Positions 29,248 through 39,426 of a stretch of 64,000 bases of DNA are shown one piece after another. The translations under genes were made by a program, and so were the position numbers. The stretch spans positions 43,558-107,557 of the forward strand of contig JAGVJJ010000004.1 of the NCBI GenBank assembly GCA_020051175.1, written 5' to 3'. The stretch comes from Bacteroidia bacterium. Lineage in GTDB: Bacteria; Bacteroidota; Bacteroidia; 2-12-FULL-35-15. How positions within the stretch are numbered: position 1 is the stretch's first letter; each line of letters opens with the position of its first letter. The notes beneath the pieces were generated by a model. That model searched no databases. It worked only from the letters and a program-made list of their open reading frames with translations, and had not been told where the DNA came from.

Positions 29248-30204
29248 TTATTCGGTGGTGCGGTTTTCAGTTTCTGGTTTTGTATAACCCAGTTTAGGTG
29301 ATTTTTTTCTCAGGATGCAGATAGTCCAGGTTCCTGCAACGTATATCCCGTCATAAGGGCGAATACCGGCTTCAGCACCTATTACTATACCTCTAATTTT
29401 AACATCCAGGTTTTGTACTTTGCGTAATTCCATCGGCATGGCTTGTATCCCTACCCTCCATCCAATGGGTCCGGCACCTATAACAGATTTGTAGTCTACT
29501 CCCTGGAAGCGTGCAGCCTGTATGGGAACTATAAGAAGATCTGCATAGAACTTCATTCGCTTTGATTTTGCTGCAATGCCGTCAGTATCTGTATTGATAA
29601 AAATATTGTGGGTGCTGGATTGGAATAGTCCCACATATACACCCCTCATGCTGTAGTTAATGATGTCCGGAGTTATAGTAGGGTAAGCATCGGTTCCAAA
29701 AGCCCCGCCAATGCTGTATAAGCCGCCTCTCGCACCTAGGGCCGAAATTCGGGTTGCAGGAACTGCTATGGATTTTGTGGTTGTTACTTTTTTCCCTTCG
29801 CTGTTATAGCCTGTGGATTGAGACAGGATAATATTTGTCTTTTTGGATTTGGTCTTTTTTATTAAGGAGTAAGACCCTCCCAGTTCAATCTGGTGGTGGT
29901 TTTTAATATCAGGACCACCAACGAGCTTGCCCATTGTTAGCCAGCCGTATCTCAATACAGCCTCTGCGTTAATTCTCTCTTTGTAATCGGCTGTTGCCCA
30001 AACGCCTGAACTAAAGCTGAGCCCATGAATGTTTTTAAAACCGATATCAAAGTTCATTAGTTCAACACCTACCCATAAATTAGTTACATCTTTCGGATCG
30101 TCTTTAAGTATTTTATAATTTACCATTTGTGCTTTTGAAGTTAATTGAAGCACTGTAATAAGAATAAGGGAAAAAAGAAATCTGGAAGTAAGGTTTGTAT
30201 TCAT
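29248..30204 (-). CDS. hypothetical outer-membrane (beta-barrel-like) protein
   Basis: The start is set at MNTNLTSRFLFSLILITVLQLTSKAQ (30204). The stop is 2 nt before the OmpA-family gene start. The sequence alternates hydrophobic residues and is rich in G/Y/A. No family was recognised. Confidence 0.55.
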   Translation of the reverse strand: MNTNLTSRFLFSLILITVLQLTSKAQMVNYKILKDDPKDVTNLWVGVELMNFDIGFKNIHGLSFSSGVWATADYKERINAEAVLRYGWLTMGKLVGGPDIKNHHQIELGGSYSLIKKTKSKKTNIILSQSTGYNSEGKKVTTTKSIAVPATRISALGARGGLYSIGGAFGTDAYPTITPDIINYSMRGVYVGLFQSSTHNIFINTDTDGIAAKSKRMKFYADLLIVPIQAARFQGVDYKSVIGAGPIGWRVGIQAMPMELRKVQNLDVKIRGIVIGAEAGIRPYDGIYVAGTWTICILRKKSPKLGYTKPETENRTTE

Positions 30205-30338
30205 AGCTGTTTTTTTAAGAATTTTTAACCATCGCATACATGCGATTTGAACTGATACAAAAGTCTTAAAACCAGGAAAGCAGTACAATCCGTACGGAAG
30301 GGTAATTTTATATCCGTGCCAGTACGTAGATGGTGGTA

Positions 30339-30992
30339 TTAATCGATGAGTTTATTCTCTATGGCGAACTTAATAAGGCCTACAACGGTTTTGGTATTTA
30401 CCTTTTGGAATATGTTTTTCCGGTGAGTCTCAACCGTCCGTTCGCTGATAAACAGTGCCTCTCCTATTTGTGCATTGCTATATTCTTTGGCAATCAGCTG
30501 AATAATTTCTTTTTCACGCTTTGTAAGATGGATTTCAACCGCGGGTTCCTTTTTCTGATTGCGATCATTCATGGATTTCATGATTTCTGCCGCAACTTCG
30601 TCACTGAAAAACATTCCACCCGAAGCAACTTTTTGCAATGCATTCAACAGTTCTTCTTTTCCTGTGTTTTTCAGTATGTAACCGGATGCTCCTGCATCCA
30701 GCATATCGGATATGGCAGGTTGCCCGTTAAACATGGAAAGTGCAATCACTTTCACAGATGGGTATTTTCTTTTTACTTCACGGGTAAATTCAATGCCGTT
30801 CATTCCCGGCATATTGATATCGCTGAGTATTATATCAGGAGTGTTATTTTCGATAAGCTGTAAGGCTTGTACGGCATCCTGGGCAGTGCCGCATAATTTA
30901 TACTGATGCTCATTTTGCAACAGCGCTTTTAAACCATCAATCAGCATTTGATGATCGTCCAGTATAAATATTTTAAAGGTTTCCTTAAGCAT
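30339..30992 (-). CDS. NarL/LuxR-family response regulator
   Basis: The receiver region is FILDDHQMLIDGL...ILSDINMPGMNG and the LuxR HTH is LTKREKEIIQLIAKEYSNAQIGEALFISERTVETHRKNIFQKV. Confidence 0.9.
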   Translation of the reverse strand: MLKETFKIFILDDHQMLIDGLKALLQNEHQYKLCGTAQDAVQALQLIENNTPDIILSDINMPGMNGIEFTREVKRKYPSVKVIALSMFNGQPAISDMLDAGASGYILKNTGKEELLNALQKVASGGMFFSDEVAAEIMKSMNDRNQKKEPAVEIHLTKREKEIIQLIAKEYSNAQIGEALFISERTVETHRKNIFQKVNTKTVVGLIKFAIENKLID

Positions 30993-30999
30993 TTACAGC

Positions 31000-32958
31000 T
31001 TAAAGATAGTGTTTTTTCAACGGTATTTCTATAGTAATTGTTGTTCCATTATTTGGTTGGGAATCAATGTTTAAGGTTCCATTTAGATAGGCTATCCTGG
31101 AGCGGATGTTTTTCAGTCCGATACCCTCTTTTTTTAATTCACCCTGATTAAACCCTATACCGTTATCTTCGACCATCAGTACAAGCTCATTTTCGTGTTG
31201 TATAAGTTGTATGTTTACCAGGCTTGCCTGTGCATGCTTTAAAACATTATTTACGGCCTCCTGTACCACCCTGAAAAGAATTATCTCAGTAGTGCTTTCA
31301 AGCTGGCTGCCAAGCCCATGTGCCTCAAAATCAATTGTTAGTTTGCCCGGAACCTGCAACCTGTTCAGAAAATCACGCAGAGCGGGTTCTAACCCTGCCT
31401 GCATCAATGCTCCGGGTATCATGCTGTGGGAAACATGGCGCACCTCCTTTACGGAATCATCAATAATATTAAGGGCATTGCTCATCAGTTTTTTTTCATC
31501 CTCATTTTTCAGGTGCAGCAACGACTCAAGGTTGCTGAGATTCAGTTTAACGGCAGACAGGTGCTGTCCAATGCCATCATGGAGTTCGCGTGCTATGCGC
31601 GCACGTTCATTTTCTTCCGCTTCAATTACTGCTTTAGAACGCAACTCCTGCTGCCTCAGCAGTTCCTGGCTTAAGATTGATTTTTGTTTGAATTTATACC
31701 GGGCATACAGCAAATAGAAAATAATACAGATACCCAAAATACAAATCAGCAGGATGGTGCGTTGGTTTTTCTGTTTTGTAAGTTCCAGCTGGTTGTTGTT
31801 TATTTCCAGATCTTTCCGTGTTATCTCCAGATCTTTTTTCTCTGTTTCATACCTGGTTTGCATCTCTGCAATTTTTGATGCGCTCTCTTCAGAATAAATG
31901 GTGTCATTCAGTTTTGCATATTTTTCCAAATATTCAAGTGATTTCTGGTAATTGCTGAGTTTTTTATAATCATGTGAAAGTTCGGCATAAATTTTTTTTA
32001 ATCTTTTCTTCGCTTTCAGCTGATTGGCCAGTTCCAGGGCTTTTAAGTTATATTCAATGGCCGTTTTATAATCTCCCTTTTTACCATAATCAGCTGCAAT
32101 CATGCAATAAGAGTTTGCCATTCCCAGCTTGTCGTTCAGTTTTGACCGTATGGCAAGCGATTGAAGCTGGTATTCAATGGCAAGATCATATTTTTTAAAG
32201 CCACCATAAATAACGCCTATATCACTCAAGGTAATGCCTTGTCCGTATAAATCATTGTTGTGTTGCTTTGTTACCAGGGCCTTTTTTACATATTCAAGTG
32301 CTAAGGCGTATTCCTTCATGTATCCATAAGTGAGTCCGATATTATTCTGTGAAACACCAATACCATACTGATCATTAATCTGTTCTCTCATTTTTAATGC
32401 CCTGATATGGTAGTCAAGCGCTTCTTTGTATTTTTTTAGATCAGTATATATCAGGCCGATATTGCTCAGTGTATTGGCAACACCTTTTTTGTTGTCAATG
32501 TCTTCAAACAGTTTCAGTGATTTCAGATAATAGTCAAGGGCGTTGTCGAATTCTCCCTTGTTCCAATGCACAAGGCCAATGTTGTTCAGGGTGTTGGCCA
32601 TCTGCTTTTTATTATTGAGCTTTGTGCTCAGCTCAAGGGAAAGGCCGTAATTGTATAGCGCGGAATCGTATTTACCGGTAACATCGTGAACAATACCAAT
32701 ATTATTGTAGGCTTTTACAATGCCTATTTGAAAGTTCAGGGTTTTGCTAAGTTCAATTGCCTGTCTGGCAAATTCAATGGCTTTGGGGCCGTTGCTTTCA
32801 AAATACTGCATACTTAACTTATTCAGTATGTTTACCTTGTTTGTATCTGTGGCTGTTTTAAGGCTTTGTTCAAGGCTGTCAGCTTGAGAAGCGGATTTGG
32901 ACGTACTTATGAAATTAAGAATGAAGAAAAACAGTAAAATAACTCTGAGTATTATCAT
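31000..32958 (-). CDS. TPR-repeat sensor histidine kinase (HisKA_3 + HATPase_c)
   Basis: About 330 aa of TPR-like repeats (NIGLVH..G.YD.AL.YY..SL) are followed by a TM helix, then ARELHDGIGQHLSA and EDNGIGF...GIGLKNIRSR. The stop is 7 nt upstream of the LuxR-type regulator. Confidence 0.85.
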   Translation of the reverse strand: MIILRVILLFFFILNFISTSKSASQADSLEQSLKTATDTNKVNILNKLSMQYFESNGPKAIEFARQAIELSKTLNFQIGIVKAYNNIGIVHDVTGKYDSALYNYGLSLELSTKLNNKKQMANTLNNIGLVHWNKGEFDNALDYYLKSLKLFEDIDNKKGVANTLSNIGLIYTDLKKYKEALDYHIRALKMREQINDQYGIGVSQNNIGLTYGYMKEYALALEYVKKALVTKQHNNDLYGQGITLSDIGVIYGGFKKYDLAIEYQLQSLAIRSKLNDKLGMANSYCMIAADYGKKGDYKTAIEYNLKALELANQLKAKKRLKKIYAELSHDYKKLSNYQKSLEYLEKYAKLNDTIYSEESASKIAEMQTRYETEKKDLEITRKDLEINNNQLELTKQKNQRTILLICILGICIIFYLLYARYKFKQKSILSQELLRQQELRSKAVIEAEENERARIARELHDGIGQHLSAVKLNLSNLESLLHLKNEDEKKLMSNALNIIDDSVKEVRHVSHSMIPGALMQAGLEPALRDFLNRLQVPGKLTIDFEAHGLGSQLESTTEIILFRVVQEAVNNVLKHAQASLVNIQLIQHENELVLMVEDNGIGFNQGELKKEGIGLKNIRSRIAYLNGTLNIDSQPNNGTTITIEIPLKKHYL

Positions 32959-33016
32959 ATAGCAATAATGTTACAATTATCGTTTGTCCGTTGTGGTGCA
33001 TTACAAAACTAAATGA

Positions 33017-33024
33017 TATTTTTG
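33017..33024 (+). promoter_or_regulatory. Bacteroidota-type -7 box (TAnnTTTG)
   Basis: TATTTTTG lies ~27 nt upstream of the SDR gene ATG. This is a motif match only. Confidence 0.3.
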
Positions 33025-33050
33025 TATATATACAACCAAAACTCTTTTAA

Positions 33051-33836
33051 ATGGCAACTTCTTTCGCGGTAATAACAGGAGCATCTTCGGGCATAGGGCT
33101 GGAGCTTGCAGAGCTATTTGCAAAAAATAAGGTTAACCTGGTGCTTGTGGCCCGAAGTGAGTCCAAGCTAAAGGAGCTGGCAGAAAAATTGCAAAAGCAG
33201 TATGCTGTGAAAGTACATTTGCTTGCTAAAGATTTGAGTAATTACGACACTGCCAAAGAAGTGTTTGACTGGTGTGGTTCACAGGGTGTTACTGTTGATT
33301 TTTTGGTAAACAATGCCGGTTTTGGTGATTTTGGGATGTTTTCCGAAAGCAGGTGGGACAAGCAGCTTCAAATGATTAACCTGAACATTACGACACTCAC
33401 TTACCTTACTCATTTGTTTTTACCTTCCATGGTTAACCGAAAAAATGGCAGGGTGTTGAATGTTGCTTCTACAGCCGCATTTCAACCCGGACCATTGATG
33501 GCAGTTTATTATGCTACCAAAGCGTATGTATTGCATTTTAGTGAGGCTGTTGCCAACGAACTTTCGGGTACGGGAGTTACAGTTACTGCTTTATGCCCGG
33601 GCGCAACGGAGAGTGGGTTTCAGGCTGCTGCTGATATGCAGGAGAGTAAACTGGTGAAAGGGAAGAAGCTGCCTACTTCAAAAGAAGTTGCCGAGTATGG
33701 TTATAGGGCAATGATGCAGGGCAAAGCTGTGGCTATACACGGAACGGTGAATTATTTAATGGCAAATAGTGTACGATTTACACCAAGGGGATTGGTGACA
33801 AAAATAGCGCGAATGGTACAGGATAAATCGAACTAA
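33051..33836 (+). CDS. SDR-family short-chain dehydrogenase/reductase
   Basis: The motifs are ITGASSGIG (TGxxxGxG), NNAG and the catalytic YxxxK (YYATKAY). Confidence 0.9.
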   Translation: MATSFAVITGASSGIGLELAELFAKNKVNLVLVARSESKLKELAEKLQKQYAVKVHLLAKDLSNYDTAKEVFDWCGSQGVTVDFLVNNAGFGDFGMFSESRWDKQLQMINLNITTLTYLTHLFLPSMVNRKNGRVLNVASTAAFQPGPLMAVYYATKAYVLHFSEAVANELSGTGVTVTALCPGATESGFQAAADMQESKLVKGKKLPTSKEVAEYGYRAMMQGKAVAIHGTVNYLMANSVRFTPRGLVTKIARMVQDKSN

Positions 33837-33840
33837 ATAG

Positions 33841-35139
33841 ATGCAATATTATAGTCTTAATAAACAATCTCCTGCTGTAAGTTTCAGGGAGGCCGCTATT
33901 AGTGGACAAGCACCGGACAAAGGGTTATATTTTCCTGAAACTGTACCTGTTCTGTCCGCTTCGTTTTTTGAGAAACTAAAAACGCTTTCTAAGGCAGATA
34001 TTGCTTTTGAGGTGATAAAACCTTACGTAGGGAATACTATACCGGATGCTGATTTATATACCATCTGTAAGGAAACGGTAGATTTTGAATTCCCATTGAA
34101 AAAAATAAACGAGTCGGTTTATTCGCTTGAGCTGTTTCATGGACCAACCCTTGCATTTAAGGACGTTGGCGCACGTTTTATGAGCCGCTGCCTCGGCCAT
34201 TTTTCAAAAAGCAGTGATAAGGAAGTAACGGTTCTTGTTGCCACTTCAGGTGATACCGGCAGTGCAGTTGCCAATGGTTTCTTGGATGTAAAAGGTGTTA
34301 ATGTTGTGATATTGTACCCGTCCGGGAAGGTAAGCAGGATACAGGAATTACAGTTGACTACGCTTGGCAGGAATATTACGGCACTTGAAGTGCAGGGCAC
34401 TTTTGATGATTGTCAAACCATGGTAAAGCAAGCGTTTTCGGATGGGGAACTGAATAAAAAATTATCACTTACCTCTGCAAATTCAATAAATGTAGCGCGC
34501 TGGCTCCCGCAACAATTTTACTATTTTTATGCACTGCAGCAATGGCCTTATGAATTTGAGCCGGTGATCAGCGTTCCCAGCGGTAATTTTGGAAATCTTT
34601 GTGCAGGTCTCGTAGCGTATTTTTCCGGTGCTCCTGTAGCACATTTTATTGCTGCATGCAATTCCAATGATGTGTTTTCAGAGTATATTCTCAATAGAGT
34701 TTTTAACCCGAAAACAGCAGTGGCTACAATTTCCAATGCAATGGATGTGGGTAATCCCAGTAATTTTGTTCGTATGCTGGAACTGTTTTCACACCAACAT
34801 TCCCGGATTAAGGAAATGATAAGCAATTGTTCTGTAACGGATGCAAAAACTTCTGCAACAATTGCGGGTGTATACCATGAAAACAATTATTTGCTTGAGC
34901 CTCATGGAGCAGTTGCTTATGCGGCTCTTTTGGAATACCTTGAAAAGCACCCATCACAAAAAGGAATAATACTTGAAACAGCTCATCCTGTGAAGTTTGA
35001 CGATGTTGTGAAAAAAATTATTGGTGAGGGTGCTGTAAAAATACCTGCTTCTGTTGAACATCTTCTTCAGCTTCAGAAAAGAAGTATTGTTATAAATCCT
35101 GTTTTTAGCGATTTAAAAGAATTTTTATTACACCAATAA
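33841..35139 (+). CDS. thrC: threonine synthase
   Basis: 432 aa, with the PLP-lysine motif FHGPTLAFKDVGARF, TSGDTGSA and SGNFGNL. Confidence 0.9.
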   Translation: MQYYSLNKQSPAVSFREAAISGQAPDKGLYFPETVPVLSASFFEKLKTLSKADIAFEVIKPYVGNTIPDADLYTICKETVDFEFPLKKINESVYSLELFHGPTLAFKDVGARFMSRCLGHFSKSSDKEVTVLVATSGDTGSAVANGFLDVKGVNVVILYPSGKVSRIQELQLTTLGRNITALEVQGTFDDCQTMVKQAFSDGELNKKLSLTSANSINVARWLPQQFYYFYALQQWPYEFEPVISVPSGNFGNLCAGLVAYFSGAPVAHFIAACNSNDVFSEYILNRVFNPKTAVATISNAMDVGNPSNFVRMLELFSHQHSRIKEMISNCSVTDAKTSATIAGVYHENNYLLEPHGAVAYAALLEYLEKHPSQKGIILETAHPVKFDDVVKKIIGEGAVKIPASVEHLLQLQKRSIVINPVFSDLKEFLLHQ

Positions 35140-35154
35140 TTTTTCTAAATAGTT

Positions 35155-35838
35155 TTAATTCGTAGGTTCGCCAGGAATGGCTGGAGCTGCTTGTGTTTCA
35201 AGAGCTATTGTTTCCCTGCTTCTCACAATAGAATATTTTTTAATAAAGAAAAGGTAATAATAAAGAACTATCAGTAGTCCGAGAAGACAAAGGTAAAAGC
35301 CCGACCCCAGCCCAATTGTATATTCAATATTTCCTAATGTGCTCAGGTAAGATGAGCCAAAGGCTGAAGTGCCTTCACCACTAAATGCATCCATTGTTTC
35401 AGCTTGTTTTGAACTAATTGTATATTCAAGAAATATATAAAATATAAGAAGCAGCGCAATAGCAACGCTTGCCGATAGTATGGAAATTTTTTTTCTCAGC
35501 ATCTCCAGTTTTATGAAAAACTGGAACACCAGTCCTGCAAGGATTGTAATAAAAACAGCAAACAACAGCAGTCGCATCCACACTGGTTTTTCGCTGGAGC
35601 TTCCATAAAGTGTGCTTATACCGGAATAGTCCTGGCTGCCATAACCGTAAGCATCGGATTTTTCACTTTTATCAAACGAATTGGTCAGGATTTTATAACC
35701 CTGAATAGTATACACAAGCTGGTCCTGCATCACCAGAGGTTTTAATTCTTTTGTAGTTTTATCGTTGCATGTTACCAGTAAAAAGGGTAGGAGGAAAGCA
35801 ACTAAAGAAATACTAAAGCCGAACTTTGGAATATGCAT
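35155..35838 (-). CDS. hypothetical polytopic membrane protein
   Basis: It has a lipoprotein-like N-terminus (LLPFLLVTCND) and three or four hydrophobic helices. No family was recognised. Confidence 0.55.
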   Translation of the reverse strand: MHIPKFGFSISLVAFLLPFLLVTCNDKTTKELKPLVMQDQLVYTIQGYKILTNSFDKSEKSDAYGYGSQDYSGISTLYGSSSEKPVWMRLLLFAVFITILAGLVFQFFIKLEMLRKKISILSASVAIALLLIFYIFLEYTISSKQAETMDAFSGEGTSAFGSSYLSTLGNIEYTIGLGSGFYLCLLGLLIVLYYYLFFIKKYSIVRSRETIALETQAAPAIPGEPTN

Positions 35839-35862
35839 GAGTTTGATATTAGAGTTGTTTCA

Positions 35863-36720
35863 TTATTTTTTCATCCAGCCAAGAATGTAGTCTGCTACTT
35901 CCTGCCAGTTCTCCTGGCCGCAGATATAGTGTGTCCTGCCTGGAAATTCTTTAAATTCTTTTTTGCTGTTTGTATCTTTGTAGGCCTCGAAATTGGTTCT
36001 GTTCAATGACGAAGGGATAATATTGTCCTTTTCCCCCGCAATAAACAGCAATGGCGCATGTGCTTTTTTAAAATCAATGTAGCCATCATTTTTTGTACTG
36101 CTGCGCGGAATGTTGCGGCTTTCAGGGACAACAGATTCATTGTATATTTTTGCCGTTTGCTCCAGTGTGAGTGTATTGCAAAATGCATACTGAAACCACT
36201 TAATACTTGGTAAACAAACCGAATTTCCTTTGAACGGGTTTATCGTTGGAAAATTTGATTTCAAAAAACTCCATTTGAAACTTATGATTCCTTTTGGTGG
36301 CGCTGTATCTATACATACTCCAGCTACACCCTTGCCCATATTGATCAGTTTCTGTACTGCAAGTCCTCCCATGGAATGTCCAATAAGAATAGGCTTTTCT
36401 GGAAGTTTGTCGATAAATGCAGCGAGGCTGTCAATTACCTGGCCAAAGGTAAGCTTTCCTAATGCCTGGTTTACATTTTTTCTTAACTCTTCCGGTTTTC
36501 CTTCGTGATAAGGATAAGCAGGCGTATAGCAGGTGTATCCCTGTGCTTCAAAATGTTTTTTCCATTCTGCCCAGCCTTGTGGGTTTTGAAACAAGCCATG
36601 AATAAATACAATAGTTTTACTTTGTGTGCTTATCGGTTGAGTAGTACCCATAGATATGATAATAGAATTAAAAAAGAGAAAACAGGAAACAAGTACAACC
36701 CGGTGTAGCTTCATATTCAA
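35863..36720 (-). CDS. alpha/beta-fold hydrolase
   Basis: It has the nucleophile elbow IGHSMGG, an upstream FIHGLF oxyanion-type motif and a signal-like N-terminus. Confidence 0.8.
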   Translation of the reverse strand: MNMKLHRVVLVSCFLFFNSIIISMGTTQPISTQSKTIVFIHGLFQNPQGWAEWKKHFEAQGYTCYTPAYPYHEGKPEELRKNVNQALGKLTFGQVIDSLAAFIDKLPEKPILIGHSMGGLAVQKLINMGKGVAGVCIDTAPPKGIISFKWSFLKSNFPTINPFKGNSVCLPSIKWFQYAFCNTLTLEQTAKIYNESVVPESRNIPRSSTKNDGYIDFKKAHAPLLFIAGEKDNIIPSSLNRTNFEAYKDTNSKKEFKEFPGRTHYICGQENWQEVADYILGWMKK

Positions 36721-36733
36721 ATTTATGAATATT

Positions 36734-36952
36734 CTATTGTTCTTCCCTGCGATTGCGCTTTATTATTACAAAAATCCGGAACACGGCATAAACAAGCAGT
36801 ATGCCGCCAACCGCTTCACGGTATACCGGGAATGTTTCAATTGCTGCATCTGTAAATAAAAATACCAGTGCAATGACAATATAAAGCGCCACCATTACAA
36901 AGCTGAAATAGTAGCTTACTTTTTTTAGTGGTGAAGTATTGTTAGAAAGCAT
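36734..36952 (-). CDS. small two-helix membrane protein (72 aa)
   Basis: An ATG ORF with two hydrophobic helices, lying 13 nt upstream of the hydrolase gene on the same strand. Confidence 0.45.
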   Translation of the reverse strand: MLSNNTSPLKKVSYYFSFVMVALYIVIALVFLFTDAAIETFPVYREAVGGILLVYAVFRIFVIIKRNRREEQ

Positions 36953-36973
36953 GGCGTTTTTGCATAAAACATC

Positions 36974-37018
36974 AAATCCTAAATTCTAGTATCAAACTGA
37001 TGTTAGAATTTAGGATTT
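36974..37018 (-). terminator. 15-bp perfect hairpin downstream of tonB
   Basis: AAATCCTAAATTCTA (36974-36988) is the exact reverse complement of TAGAATTTAGGATTT (37004-37018). It lies 26 nt after the tonB stop and is AT-rich. Confidence 0.5.
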
Positions 37019-37043
37019 GAAATTCAGAATTTTTAATTCTTTT

Positions 37044-37868
37044 TTATCTGATTGTAAATTTAATCGGTAAGTTATACTGTACAGATACTGCACGTCCGTT
37101 CTGCTTACCAGCACCCCATTTCGGCATTGATTTCACAACCTGAAGGGCTACTTTGTCGTAACCTGGCCCACCGGAAACACCTCTCAATACTTTTGCATCC
37201 GTAACGTTGCCTTCTTTGTCAACAACGAAGGTAACATAGCAGGTTCCGGAAATACCGGCTTCTTTCTCCATCTGAGGATACCCGATAGCTTCAATCTTAT
37301 CTTTAATCCATTTCATCATGGCTGCTGCACCGCCTGGAAATTCAGGCATCTGCTCTACAATGGTAAAAATTTCCTCTTTTACGGGCTCAACTACACCAGT
37401 TCCTTCTTCAGGAATGATGATTTGATCGTCTCCGGAACCTTCTTGTGTAACCTCGGCAACTTGTGGAGTCTCTTCCGTTTGGATTGGAGGTGGTTCATCG
37501 ATTACCTCGTCATCCGTTACTACAGGTGGTGTAAACTTTACCGTTTCCATAACCGGTGGTGGTGGCGGTGGTGGTGGTGGTGGTTCATTCGGATCCAACG
37601 GAGGAGGTTCCATGATCACAACCGTTTCGCTTACCGGAAGCTCAACTTCTTCACCAGCATTCTGTTTTATCCAGTTCAGAATCATCGGGAAGCAAACTGC
37701 CAGAAGGAATGATAATGAAGTAATAATTAATGCAATGGTTACCGTACGGTTGTATTTCTGGCGCAAATCATACGCCCCGTATGTCTTGTTTTTATTCTCA
37801 AAGACAAGCTCGTTACGCGTTTCAGCAATAACATTTGTCCAGTTATTAAATAATGGATTTCCCGCCAT
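37044..37868 (-). CDS. tonB: TonB energy-transducer protein
   Basis: It has an N-terminal TM anchor, a proline tract EPPPLDPNEPPPPPPPPPPVME and a C-terminal TonB domain (PEFPGG...GISGTCYVTFVVDKEGNVTD). It is the last gene of the exbB-exbD-exbD cluster. Confidence 0.85.
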   Translation of the reverse strand: MAGNPLFNNWTNVIAETRNELVFENKNKTYGAYDLRQKYNRTVTIALIITSLSFLLAVCFPMILNWIKQNAGEEVELPVSETVVIMEPPPLDPNEPPPPPPPPPPVMETVKFTPPVVTDDEVIDEPPPIQTEETPQVAEVTQEGSGDDQIIIPEEGTGVVEPVKEEIFTIVEQMPEFPGGAAAMMKWIKDKIEAIGYPQMEKEAGISGTCYVTFVVDKEGNVTDAKVLRGVSGGPGYDKVALQVVKSMPKWGAGKQNGRAVSVQYNLPIKFTIR

Positions 37869-37870
37869 TG

Positions 37871-38512
37871 TTATTTTGTATTTTCAGCGTTTAATAATTC
37901 TAATTCTGTAGGCATCATGTCTACAACAGCATACTTACCTATCAGGCAAACATTTAATTCGTCAATCAAATCCACCACGTTTTTATAAGTAGCCTGGTCA
38001 TCTGCTTTAATCAGTACAGTAAGAGCGTCTTTGTGGCCTTTTACTTCATTGAGCATCCTTTTAAGGGTAGTGTCGGCCTTTATTTCCTTTCTTTTGTACT
38101 TATCCTCCAACTCATGGATTTCCTTAAGGGTTGGTTCGTATCTTTCCAGTAAAAGCTTGTGAAGCCCGTCTTTTGAAAAGTTGGTTTTTGATAAGGTTGT
38201 TGGAGGCATACCATCCTTATTGTTCGGTGGATAAAACTCTCCGTTGTAGTAATAAAGTCCATCATCTTTCGTCATTATAAAAGTGATAGCGTTTTTTACT
38301 TTGATTTGGTTTTCCTTCTTTTCAGGATCAACCGGGAAAGTCAGCTCCATTGCTTTCGGCTTACTGAACGTAGATGTAAGTACGAAGAATGTAAGCAGTA
38401 AGAACGCCAAATCCACCATTGGCGTCATGTCTATTCGGGTTGATGATTTCTTGGCGCGTTTCTTACCATGTTTGCCACTGCCACCACCATCATCGGTGTT
38501 TACTTCTGCCAT
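37871..38512 (-). CDS. exbD: ExbD/TolR-family biopolymer transport protein
   Basis: IDMTPMVDLAFLLLTFFVLTSTF is the ExbD signature TM segment. Confidence 0.85.
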   Translation of the reverse strand: MAEVNTDDGGGSGKHGKKRAKKSSTRIDMTPMVDLAFLLLTFFVLTSTFSKPKAMELTFPVDPEKKENQIKVKNAITFIMTKDDGLYYYNGEFYPPNNKDGMPPTTLSKTNFSKDGLHKLLLERYEPTLKEIHELEDKYKRKEIKADTTLKRMLNEVKGHKDALTVLIKADDQATYKNVVDLIDELNVCLIGKYAVVDMMPTELELLNAENTK

Positions 38513-38604
38513 TTCTAAATGCTTTTATAAGATTTTTACTAGTTCTTATTTATACTTAACAGATGCGTTAAAAATTCAAATTCCATAACAGATTTTAAAT
38601 TTTT

Positions 38605-39285
38605 TTATTCATCTCCTTTTTCAAGGTTGGTGATCAGGTTGAATTTATAAATCTTCCTGTCGGTGAACACTTTAATAACTTCTTTTACACGGATATAGTT
38701 TGCTTTTCCGTCAGCTTTGATTGCAAAGCGCAGTGGTTCGTATTTGAACTCACGCCCGGCAGCTTCTGCTTTGTTTTTTTGTTCCTGTGCTTGTTTCGCA
38801 GCTTCTATTTGGCCGAACTGGATCCAGTCACCCAATTGGTTATGCAAAGAGTCGGTCGGGATTCCAGGCGACTTTACAGCCATACGGGCATTCTCGTCCA
38901 TATTGATATAATCTTTAAGCAAAGCCCCGCTGTACCCCGGAACCGGAACAATAGGTACTCCAAAGCTGGTCATCTTGGCAAATTCTGCCTTTTCCTTATC
39001 TGTAAAAGTAACTTTATATTGAGCAGCCATTCTGTCAAGCGTCCTGATGCGCACATCATAGTTGTTAACGTTGAAGAAAGCGTGGCCCTGATCGTCAACA
39101 CTGATCATGATCACATTTTCAGGTAACAGCTTATCCGAAGTAGATGATGGTGTGTCAACAACAACAGGTTCAGAAACTCTTGCAGAGGCCGTAAGCATAA
39201 AGAAGGTAACCAAAAGAAAAGCCAAATCCACCATTGGGGTCATGTCCAGCGAGGGATTGCTTTTGGGCATCTTAATTTTAGGCAT
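38605..39285 (-). CDS. exbD: ExbD/TolR-family biopolymer transport protein (second copy)
   Basis: LDMTPMVDLAFLLVTFFMLTAS, in the same cluster. Confidence 0.85.
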   Translation of the reverse strand: MPKIKMPKSNPSLDMTPMVDLAFLLVTFFMLTASARVSEPVVVDTPSSTSDKLLPENVIMISVDDQGHAFFNVNNYDVRIRTLDRMAAQYKVTFTDKEKAEFAKMTSFGVPIVPVPGYSGALLKDYINMDENARMAVKSPGIPTDSLHNQLGDWIQFGQIEAAKQAQEQKNKAEAAGREFKYEPLRFAIKADGKANYIRVKEVIKVFTDRKIYKFNLITNLEKGDE

Positions 39286-39426
39286 GTCTTGTTGTATTTT
39301 AATTAATTATAATAATACGAAAATTGGTTACGGATAAACGAATTGTTACGAATTTACTAAACAGAATAGCTAAAACAGTTGTAAGTCCGTTTCATAAATT
39401 CGTTTTTTATTCGTTATTAGTAACCT

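Noticed and set aside
30330-30863. 177-aa plus-strand ORF
   Set aside because: It is antisense to the clear LuxR-type response-regulator gene, with no motif support.
37422-37712. 96-aa plus-strand ORF with a WWWRWWWWW run
   Set aside because: It is the reverse complement of the TonB polyproline tract (CCN repeats read as GGN/TGG), which is an artefact.
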